From Bdellovibrionales bacterium (GTDB lineage Bacteria > Bdellovibrionota > Bdellovibrionia > Bdellovibrionales > JAUICD01), in NCBI GenBank assembly GCA_965197425.1, contig CBDANC010000012.1:32001-96000 (forward strand): a stretch of DNA of 64,000 nucleotides, given 5' to 3'. Below are positions 40,343 through 49,700 of this stretch, one piece after another. The position numbers and the translations under genes are program-made. Under the pieces are notes generated by a model, which saw only the letters and a program-made list of their open reading frames with translations, had not been told where the DNA came from and made no database searches. How positions within the stretch are numbered: the stretch's first letter is position 1; each line of letters starts with the position of its first letter.

Positions 40343-41062
40343 ATGATATCATTGGTAATACCAGCATATAACGAAGAAAAAAGGCTTCCTAAATCAATAC
40401 AAGATTTTAAAAGTTTTTTTGCAAAATTAAATCTAGAAATAGAAATTATTATTATTATAGAAAAATCAAAAGATAACACTGTACAAATAGCAAAAAAACT
40501 TACCAATAATTGTAAGATGTTCAAAATCATAGCAAACGATGTACAGCTAGGACCTGGATATGCGATTAAAATGGGGGTAGATGCTGCCCAAGGTGAGTAT
40601 ATATTTGTAACCGATGCAGATATCCCTATCCCTCTTACTTATGTCTTAAAATTTTTGGAACATCTAAACTCAAACAAGGATATTGACATACTATTAGGTA
40701 ACAGGGCAATGGGCAAAACCAATACCAAAAACCCTTTTATAAGAAAGTGTGCAAGTAAAGTATTTAATATTTTGGTAAGAAATATAACTGGAATTACGGC
40801 GACTGATACTCAGTGTGCATTCAAAGCTTTTAGAAATAAAGCAGCTAAGAAAATTTTTGCACACATCAGATCCCATAATGCAGCGTTTTGTGTAGAAGCT
40901 TTAATGCTGGCTAAAAAATTTAACCTTAAATACGAAGAAGCGCCGGTTACATGGACACATAGTGGAGGTGGGTACATAAACCACATAAATATAATTTACC
41001 ACTCGACATCTATATTTACCTCAGTGATTAAGTCTTTTTTTAGGGTAAAGCTTTTAAAGTGA
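40343..41062 (+). CDS. Family 2 glycosyltransferase (polyprenol-phosphate glycosyltransferase-like)
   Basis: ISLVIPAYNEEKRL, TDAD, DTQCAFKAF. Confidence 0.9.
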   Translation: MISLVIPAYNEEKRLPKSIQDFKSFFAKLNLEIEIIIIIEKSKDNTVQIAKKLTNNCKMFKIIANDVQLGPGYAIKMGVDAAQGEYIFVTDADIPIPLTYVLKFLEHLNSNKDIDILLGNRAMGKTNTKNPFIRKCASKVFNILVRNITGITATDTQCAFKAFRNKAAKKIFAHIRSHNAAFCVEALMLAKKFNLKYEEAPVTWTHSGGGYINHINIIYHSTSIFTSVIKSFFRVKLLK

Positions 41063-42277
41063 TTTACAGATATCAGGAGAGTCTGGGTTTAAAACTGGAT
41101 CTCCACAAGTATCCTCGCACATCCAGCATTGTGACTTGGGTTTATCTGCTAACTTTTGGTTGCAAGTCCTAGCAGGCCTATAGCATGTAGTTGTTCCACA
41201 AAATGTTTTTTGAGCAGCAACACAGGTTGGCATTGCTGTGCTTGGGTAGCTTTTGGCATCACCTACAGATCCATTGTCTATGCCACAGGTGATTGTTTTA
41301 TTTGTAGGAAAGCCACAGACCGTTTTACATTCTGTGCAACTGTTCTCACTTCTCCTCTGTTCGCAAGTAAGACCTCCACCACCGTAACAAGTGACACCAC
41401 AAAGTGTTTTTTGTGATGTAGGGCAAGTTGGTTTGTTTGATTCATCATATTTGTACTGATACATAGCACCACTGCCACAAGTAATTGAGACAGCCCTAGG
41501 CTCCTCTGTGCAGCTATTAGGATCATCACAAACTTTACAAGTATCCCCAACCTTCTTTGCTTCGCAAGTTGTAGCCCCATTACAAACTCCGTTGTTACAT
41601 ATGTTACAATCACCGCTACAAGAGATGTTGTGATCTTCACATTGTTTAGTAGTGGTATTACAAACCTGACAACCTAGGCATGTTGGGCATTCGGTGTTCT
41701 TACAAACACCACCTACACAGCTCTGAGCAGGAGGACAAGTTCGATCCCTCGGCATTTCAGTTAAACTATTAGGATTATCACATACTTTACAACTATCCCC
41801 ACCTCTTTTTGTATCACAAGTTACACCTTCAGTATTGTCTGTGGTAGTGGTTGTTTCAGTTGTTTCGGTTACACATCTTTCTATAGATACATTGTGATCG
41901 TCTATCTGTTCTTTTTCATCAATTAATTGAAATGTTCTGATGGAAAGTTCATAAAAATCATTAGTTAGGTTAGTAAATACAATATTATCTACTGAGATTA
42001 AGGTGTTTGCACCATCATTATCTAGTGCAATTTCATCACAACTCAAAAAATCTGTATCTATTATAGGTTCAATTCTTTTGCACTTAAGCAAAATATTATC
42101 AACAGCTACAGGATCAATTTTGAGTGTAACAGTATTATCATCACCTATACATTTGGGTGTAAATTCAAATAATGAGAAAGAAGATGGATCTCTGCTAAAT
42201 TGTTGGGTATTGCAGTTTCGATAGCCAAATAAAATTGAGGCAAGTAAAGCACACAATAAAACTATAGACCTGAGCAT
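41054..42277 (-). CDS. Cys-rich putative lipoprotein (YRNC signal)
   Basis: MLRSIVLLCALLASILFGYRNC; N-terminal domain shared with 51536 and 51994; Thr linker; Cys modules. Confidence 0.85.
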   Translation of the reverse strand: MLRSIVLLCALLASILFGYRNCNTQQFSRDPSSFSLFEFTPKCIGDDNTVTLKIDPVAVDNILLKCKRIEPIIDTDFLSCDEIALDNDGANTLISVDNIVFTNLTNDFYELSIRTFQLIDEKEQIDDHNVSIERCVTETTETTTTTDNTEGVTCDTKRGGDSCKVCDNPNSLTEMPRDRTCPPAQSCVGGVCKNTECPTCLGCQVCNTTTKQCEDHNISCSGDCNICNNGVCNGATTCEAKKVGDTCKVCDDPNSCTEEPRAVSITCGSGAMYQYKYDESNKPTCPTSQKTLCGVTCYGGGGLTCEQRRSENSCTECKTVCGFPTNKTITCGIDNGSVGDAKSYPSTAMPTCVAAQKTFCGTTTCYRPARTCNQKLADKPKSQCWMCEDTCGDPVLNPDSPDICKSL

Positions 42278-42430
42278 ATTATCCCTTCGTGAAATATCAA
42301 GTGAAATACTAAGCGCAACACTAACACCCAACAGAGACCATTACAAGTATCAACAACCAGGCACTGTTCTCACATCGAGGCACTTTTAGCACATGAGACT
42401 TTCCTTATCTGATTTAAAGAAATTACATTA

Positions 42431-42815
42431 AAGGTCTTCCAAACTAAGGCAAAAACAAGTGGACTTGTTCACTTTTTTTGACTTAGTGGTTGCCCAGCTC
42501 CGGAACACGATGCCAATCCCGTCACTTAAGGTTTTCCAATGAGGCCGATAAAAGTTGATTGGCGTAGCAGATGTGCAAAGCACGAAGCGAAGCAAAGAAA
42601 CTTTTTTGGCCGAGTGGTTGCCCAGCTTTGGACACTGATGCCGATCCCGTCACTTAAGGTCTTCCGAATGAGGCAAATAAGGGAAGCTTTGCTTTCCTTG
42701 GTTCAATTGGCTTACGGGATAAACCTTTATATTATCCAATTGAAATAACCTCCCTGCGGTCGGTTTTTACCGAATGGCTGTTTCCTGGTGGACCTCACAG
42801 CTAATACTGTCACTA
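42431..42815 (+). repeat. Three tandem modular hairpin elements with different apical cassettes
   Basis: Units are joined by GATGCC(A/G)ATCCCGTCACTT|AAGGT junctions. Confidence 0.92.
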
Positions 42816-42926
42816 TAAACTATTTTACATAACCTTAGGTTATTATTGCAAAATTCATCCATCTATGCTACAAAAGCACTCAAGACAATCAGCTCTACTC
42901 GCTTTACTTAAAAACCAAGAGTTACA

Positions 42927-43042
42927 GGATCGGCATCGTGTTCCAGAGCTGGGCAACCATCAAACTAAAAGATGTCTTGGCTACATTTGGACTTTGTCTT
43001 ACATTTCACCAATCTATCTTTTAGCTTGATTAGGAAGACCTT
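42927..43042 (-). repeat. Modular hairpin element
   Basis: GGATCGGCATCG...GCTGGGCAACC...TAGGAAGACCTT; contains the spurious ATG at 42972. Confidence 0.88.
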
Positions 43043-43055
43043 ATACTTATTTTAT

Positions 43056-46000
43056 ATGTACATGTATTTAAACTTTACTTTTAGCCTAACTAGAAAAATA
43101 GCACCTCTGTTATTTTTTATTCTCTCCTTCACCAGTGGAGTATCCACCACCAGTGGAGTATACACTTCTGCTCATGCTCAACAAGGTCTAGGTGAATTTG
43201 ATACCTTCACAGATCCTAGTACAACTGATCTTAGATTAGCAGAAAATGCAGTATCTTCATGTGAGGTGTTACAGGAAGTTGCTAAAATTGAAGCAAACAG
43301 TCTATCTTCACAAGAATTTTTCAATAAACTACAAAAGACAGATTCTAATGGAAATTTATTAATTGATACTGAAGATTGTACTGAAAGCATACTTCAGTTT
43401 GTATCATCTCTATGTTCCTCTAATTCAAATACCAACAGGTCATTTTGTAACACCCTTGGCTTCAGTGTGGTTACACCACTCGTAGTGGATACTCCACTGG
43501 TGGTGGATACTCCACTCGTAAATATTAGTAATACTGGTGAAGGTGACTACAAATCTTATGGTAGTTCTGCCCTAGAGAGTTTAGATTTAAACAATTCCAA
43601 TGTTCAAGTTCAACATCCTGATAATAATCCCACATTATCTAACGAAGGAAGTTCTACATTTTCTATAGCAGGACTTCTTTTTTCATTTACTCCCATTAAA
43701 AGATTAAAACTAGCAAGAAACCTAACAAGATCAAACTTAGTAACCTCTAGGATAAAGCCTGTTTTAAATGGAGCTATGTTAATACTAGCTACACTAGGCT
43801 TATCTTCATGTAGTGATGTAACAGAGCCTGAGCCAGTCCCAATAGTAGAAACTCCCTGTACTAGAGGAGAATCAGGATATTTTCAGCTAACTGGTGGCAC
43901 TAACAGTGCTGGTGGTACTAACAGTGCTAGTAATTGCATACAGCTCATAGACCCTCCTACAGTTAGTTATCTTGATAGTGAAGGTAATGTTGTTACGAAC
44001 ACAAATGATATCTCAGATCATTCTATAAAAGTAACATTTGAAGAGCCTGTAAGCTTCATTAGTACAAGTGAGCATGGAAATCTAACTTCCGAAAATGTGG
44101 TTAAGATGGTTGATATAAAGTTAGGCAATGTAGATCTTTTAGATGTTGGATTTGTTTTTACTATAGAGGTTTCAAGTGATGAGGCATCTTTCACTCTGAC
44201 TCCGAAAACCACCTATCCTGCTGGAGATTATGTAGTTGGTGTAAGTAACTATGCAAAGAAGGCTGATATATCTAAGATAGCTGCTAGTACTAACAGAGCT
44301 CAGTATCTTAGCAGGGTTAATGATATGTCACAGTCTTTGTCTTCTTTCAATGTACACACCCCCTGCAGTAGAGGAGAGGAAGGTTATTTTGAGCTTCAAA
44401 ACTCAAGTGTTATGACGGATTGTATTAAGCTTACACTTCCTACTATTAGTTATCTTGATGAAGAAGGTAACACTGTAGAAGATACATCTACAATCTCAGA
44501 TCACTCTATAAAAGTAACCTTCGATGGGAGGGTCAGTTATATAGACTCTTCTCGTTATGAAGGTCTAACAGCGGCTTTTGCAAGAAACATGATAGAGTTA
44601 AACATAAACAGTGAGAATTTATTAACTGGTACTTTTAGATTTCAGATAGAAGCTGGAGTTGAAGAAGATGAAAGCTCATTTTTTATCTTAACTCCAATTT
44701 CAAGTTATCCTGCTGGAAGTTACTCAGTAAAAGTAAAAAACTATGTTAGCTCTTCAGATGCTTCAAAGATTGCAAATGCTACTAATACAGAAAACTATCT
44801 TGCACTAATCAACAAGGAATATTCTTCATTTTCAACACCTAATATTAGCACTCTGTGTGAAGAGAATGCTTCTGGATACTTTGAGCTAACAAATGAAAAT
44901 GGTTCGAAGGACTGCATTAGAATTCCTCAAGTGGTGTTTACTTTTACCCCTAGGGGTGGAAGAGAGATGATCGAGTCAAACTTTGACCCGACTTCAGTTA
45001 TAAAGATTTATTTTGATTTAGAGGTAGTGTATTTATCTGACTCCGGTGAGTGGCGAGAGATTACCAAGGAAGATATTTTAGAGATGGTAGAAATTTCTGT
45101 AAAACCTGAATACAGCTCAAGAAAGGTTGATCATGTGAATACGGATGGTGCTATAGGTTTGGACCTAGTATCGGTAAGTCATGTTGGAGGTAAGACTGTT
45201 ATTACCATAGATTCTCCTTATGATCACACACATGAAGATGGAAGGATCTATGGTTTTCATGTCCCTTATAATATTATAGTCACAAACTTTGCTAAAAAAA
45301 CTGATGTATCTAAAGTTGCAAGTAGTAGCTCTATTAACTCTTATTTAGAGGACACCGCAACCTTTTATCAAGGAATACATGGTGGGCTGTATAAGCCAAC
45401 CTCTTGTGATCTAGGATATGCACAATCTGCCGCAAATTATGATCAGTATAATGATGCAGAAGAGTTAGATCACTTTATATGTGAGACTGATAAGATGCTG
45501 GATACATTTTTACCTCCATCAGGAGACATTGCCTTTGATATGGCAATGTTCGATGCAAATAATGATGCTGATATGACTCACTTAGAAAAAACCGATCCTG
45601 GTACAAGGCATGTTATTGATCTTGCGTTTGTTACTTCGGATGTTCTTTTTGAAAATGCTAGTGGTGATTGGCGTACATATTTCGAAGATAAAGTTATTAA
45701 AGGCTTAAACAAGATGTTTCAATACTCCGGGGTGAATGTTGAATTTAGAGTTTCTGTGATTGGCCCTTTTTCTGATTATAGAGGGTATTTGTATTGTGAT
45801 CTCCCTACCATAGAAAACGTAGTTAACCCTCAAACTGGGCTTGGAAGCGAAGCACAAGCTATTTCAGAATTAATTCCGATCATTCGCAAAAAACATCCTG
45901 TTGATATATTTGTTGTAATGGTTCCATATGGTGGAGGATATGCGGTGATAGGTGATGGTCTTAGACACTTCCCTGTTTCAGCTAGATGGAGTTCTTCACT

Positions 46001-46574
46001 TGCTATGCCAGTCTCTTCGGGTTTGTTTGATATGAGTCTTGGTGAAACACAACTTGAATCTCGTGCTACTGCTGCTAGAAATCTTCTTGCACATGAAATT
46101 GGTCATGTTTTACGACTACATCATGATGTGGATACTCTGATAGAAGCGGGAGCGTCCGTAGAATCACTTAGGAACACAATATACTGGACGAATGTTACTA
46201 CCTTTGCTTATGGGTACGGTGGTAATCGTAGTGATGAACCCATTGGAACTATAATGGCTTATTCTAGATTGAGTCAATTTATCCCTTTATTTAGTGCAGA
46301 CAAGCAAATTTTAAGATCTGAGCTTTGCGACACTGTGGATGGGATCGATGAAACTCACAAATATGGTTACTGTAATAGTAGTAACCCACATCCTGATAGA
46401 TTGATTAAGATTGGTGGTTCTTATAAGTATGGTATGTTTGTAGATGCATCGGAAGCAATGCAATACACGGTTGGAGTTGTTTCTGAATACTCTGATGTAG
46501 GTGCTGCTCCTTTAGATCTTTCGACAGTTTCCAACGCAGTAACTGCGAGGACACTGAGAGCTAACCACCGATAA
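43056..46574 (+). CDS. Large exported protein: three repeated beta-rich domains plus a C-terminal metzincin/reprolysin-like Zn peptidase
   Basis: Three C-x5-6-GYF(Q/E)L...CI repeats, HEIGHVLRLHH and the Met-turn GTIMAY. Start moved to the ATG at 43056, outside the repeat element. Confidence 0.8.
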   Translation: MYMYLNFTFSLTRKIAPLLFFILSFTSGVSTTSGVYTSAHAQQGLGEFDTFTDPSTTDLRLAENAVSSCEVLQEVAKIEANSLSSQEFFNKLQKTDSNGNLLIDTEDCTESILQFVSSLCSSNSNTNRSFCNTLGFSVVTPLVVDTPLVVDTPLVNISNTGEGDYKSYGSSALESLDLNNSNVQVQHPDNNPTLSNEGSSTFSIAGLLFSFTPIKRLKLARNLTRSNLVTSRIKPVLNGAMLILATLGLSSCSDVTEPEPVPIVETPCTRGESGYFQLTGGTNSAGGTNSASNCIQLIDPPTVSYLDSEGNVVTNTNDISDHSIKVTFEEPVSFISTSEHGNLTSENVVKMVDIKLGNVDLLDVGFVFTIEVSSDEASFTLTPKTTYPAGDYVVGVSNYAKKADISKIAASTNRAQYLSRVNDMSQSLSSFNVHTPCSRGEEGYFELQNSSVMTDCIKLTLPTISYLDEEGNTVEDTSTISDHSIKVTFDGRVSYIDSSRYEGLTAAFARNMIELNINSENLLTGTFRFQIEAGVEEDESSFFILTPISSYPAGSYSVKVKNYVSSSDASKIANATNTENYLALINKEYSSFSTPNISTLCEENASGYFELTNENGSKDCIRIPQVVFTFTPRGGREMIESNFDPTSVIKIYFDLEVVYLSDSGEWREITKEDILEMVEISVKPEYSSRKVDHVNTDGAIGLDLVSVSHVGGKTVITIDSPYDHTHEDGRIYGFHVPYNIIVTNFAKKTDVSKVASSSSINSYLEDTATFYQGIHGGLYKPTSCDLGYAQSAANYDQYNDAEELDHFICETDKMLDTFLPPSGDIAFDMAMFDANNDADMTHLEKTDPGTRHVIDLAFVTSDVLFENASGDWRTYFEDKVIKGLNKMFQYSGVNVEFRVSVIGPFSDYRGYLYCDLPTIENVVNPQTGLGSEAQAISELIPIIRKKHPVDIFVVMVPYGGGYAVIGDGLRHFPVSARWSSSLAMPVSSGLFDMSLGETQLESRATAARNLLAHEIGHVLRLHHDVDTLIEAGASVESLRNTIYWTNVTTFAYGYGGNRSDEPIGTIMAYSRLSQFIPLFSADKQILRSELCDTVDGIDETHKYGYCNSSNPHPDRLIKIGGSYKYGMFVDASEAMQYTVGVVSEYSDVGAAPLDLSTVSNAVTARTLRANHR

Positions 46575-46708
46575 TAAACCGAGTTTCGCTTGGTTCTTGG
46601 CGGTGGTCGAATTTGTTTTCGCACAGATTATAGGTGTTAAAGGGTTATCAAAGTGATAAGGAAAAGAAGAGTGTGTTTTAGCTAAAACATATCAATAATA
46701 ACAATACC

Positions 46709-49700
46709 TTAAATGGTATAACAATGCCCTGTCATGCTTGCGTCAAAGACATTAACCGTGCACTGGTAGGGTGTAGGGCAGTCGTGGTGATTCTCACACC
46801 TTATTTCAGTACATTGCCAAGGGCAGCAATCACATACCTCAGTTGCACCACAATTTGTATTAGTCCAACATTCTACACCACTTTCGCTCCTACTTGTAGC
46901 ATTACAACTCGGATCAGAAGTATTAGGATAACCCGACATACTACCACTGCCACAGGTAACACCACAACTCGCTTTGCAGGTTGGAGGACTACCAGGACAA
47001 CAGTTTGGAGTAGCTCCAGAACAGGTAGGACCAGTTGAAGTACAACATCCTGTACCAGCGTCACATGTTCCACCACAACCACAATCTGCATTGCTAGAGC
47101 AAGGGGTGCTGCAAACAGGGACACAACCACCACTACCGTCACATGTTGTTCCTGGTGGGCATGTTTGTGGAGTACCACATGGTTTATCGCATGTGGTACA
47201 TGTAGCTGTATTTGATACACAAGTTGGTTGTCCTGTAACCGGAGTGCCACACAGCTTAGGGCATGTGGTACATGTAGCCGGATTGGCAGTACAAGTTGAT
47301 GGGCCTTGTTCGCATACCCAACTTCCGTTTTTACATTGAGCAGTCTCACAATTATCGCTATCGCAAGTTGGTGGTGTGCCTGAACATGGAGGACAGGTTG
47401 ACGGTTCATTACAAATTCCACCATTACATATTCCACAGGAGCGACAACCCCCCGACTTATTTCTTGGAATTTCAGTTGTACTGTTAGGATCAGTGCACTG
47501 TTGACATTCGGGATCGGTTATTCGTGATCCACAAGTTTGAGGAATATAGCAAGTACCGCTACCATTACATATTTGAGGAGGTACACATTTTGATGTTGGA
47601 GATGCACAGTTATCGGCACACTGTTCACATGCAGCATTATTTGCAACACAAGGAGCTTTACAAACTGGAGGATTCACACCAGTACAACAGTTTTCTCCAG
47701 TTGGACATCCACTACTTGTATCGCATTCCCAACCTCCACTACCACATATAACAGCCTGACAAGTGGCAGCACAATCTGGTTGTGCGCCTGAACAAGTAAC
47801 ACAAATAGAAGTACAAGTCCCTGGATTTTGACATGTTGGGGTTGGAACAGCACAGTCACCAGCCCCACTACAAGTAGGAGTTTTGCAAATTGCACCACAC
47901 CTAACTTGACCAGAAGGACATGGATTATCTACACAACTGGAACTACAAGTTCCTGCATCGCTACAAGATTTGCCTGCACCGCAGTCACTATTACTATTAC
48001 AAGTAACAGGACAACAACTAGAGCCACAATTTCCTGCACCTTGACATACTCCACCAGGACAGTCAGCATCACTATTACAACCAACACCACCAACACAAGT
48101 AACACAACTAGCACTACATTGTCCTGCATCTTGACATGTTTTACCTGCATTGCAGTCGCCATCATCATCACAAGCAACAGAACAACAATTAGTTCTGCAC
48201 TGATTATCAGGACAACAAGTCTGACCAGTTGGGCATGGATTAGGAGTACACACTGGAGGAGGCGGTGGCGGGGGTGGAGGATCTACACAACCTCCACTAC
48301 CATCACATACCTTGCCGCCTGAACATCTATTAACTGGAGATGAGCATGGACCGTGGCATTCTTCGCAGTTATTAGAACTTGCATTACATGGGGCCCTACA
48401 ACTGTAAGAACAACATATATCACCACCACAGTGACCGTCATTAAGACACTCAACACAATTACTAGCACCATCACAGTACGGAGTACCACCACCACACTTA
48501 TACTGACAGACACCAGGAGTACCAAAACTACAACTAAAACAATTAGGGGTATTACAAGGCGTAGCCCCTGTACAAATACCACAACCTAGACCATTGGTAT
48601 TACAGGTAGCTCCACATGTAGGATCCTCATTAAATCCACAACTCACACTACTAGGACATGAACGATCCACTGTCCTATTTAAAGAATCAAGAGGATGAGA
48701 ACAGTTAGTACAAGGACCTCCTGTAGGACAAAGAAAAGGATTGTAGTTGTTAACACCACTACAACAATTTACACCAGCCTTATAACAGGTAACTCCACCT
48801 AAGCTTGCAGAACCTCCATGACAAGATTGTCTGGTGGTCTCAGGGTAATCACGCATATAACCTTGGCCACATTGCACACAGGCTGTACCATCGTTTACAC
48901 ACTGCTCAACCCAATAATCACAGGTAACTCCAGTACCATTAACAGGACGAACAGGGCTGTTCGCAGGACCTGTCCTCTCCTCTATGGAATCATCAAAATA
49001 ATTATTGTAAATTCTAATATTACTAAGCTTTACACAACTAGATGTACCGTTAGTTATACCATTACCTAATAATAGATTAAATGTATGCTCACAATCACTC
49101 CGAGCATTATAAAATGGATTATCTATCCTACGGTTGTACTTAGCAATATTAGGATCAGGATTTGTAACACCACAGTTTTTGGGAGGAGTTGCGTAGATGC
49201 CAGAAGCATGAGTATTACCAAACTGTGCACAGTTGTAGGCAAAAACCCTATGCTCCTCTGTATAATCATCACTCTGTATCTGTCCGTTTTCTGTGGCAGA
49301 GTAATCATTACCATATTCATCTACTAACTTAAATCTAACTCTATAATCAGCATCCTGATCTTCATCAGGCCAACTGGATACATTTAAATTATCTAACTCA
49401 AGTCCTAACTTACCATCATCTACGCTAGATAAACTAGCTATCAATGAAGCACGATTAGGTTGACTAGAGGTAAGCTTAAAGTTCTCACATAAATCCCACC
49501 TAGGTGAACTTGTACTGCCATCCGTACTACCATACTCAGTACCACTTCTTCTTATACCAAGCTTATGTACACCACCATTACCAAAAGGCCTATAGGAGCT
49601 TAAACCTGCTATATCATCACAATCGGGGGGGCCTTTAACACAGTCCTCAAAACTACTCTTATCAAAACCACATAAAAAGACTCCTCTAAAATCTTCCTCA

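Noticed and set aside
42431..42815. CRISPR array
   Set aside because: Junction repeats are long and degenerate, the interiors are recurring hairpin cassettes rather than unique spacers, and no cas genes are present.
42822..42850. dif-like Xer site (TTATGTAAAAT arm on the minus strand)
   Set aside because: The spacer is 7 bp and the XerC arm is poor; likely chance in AT-rich DNA. A genome-wide GC-skew and dif scan would settle it.
42972..43055. ORF-track start of the 1200-aa protein and repeat-derived ORFs (21513, 21689, 34186, 34217, 42539, 54030, 61755)
   Set aside because: These are translations of the hairpin elements; their shared peptides reflect DNA repeats, not genes.
46724..49327. 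Many alternative-frame and antisense ORFs in the Cys-rich genes
   Set aside because: Shadows of TGT/GGT/ACT-biased codon usage, with no RBS or motifs.
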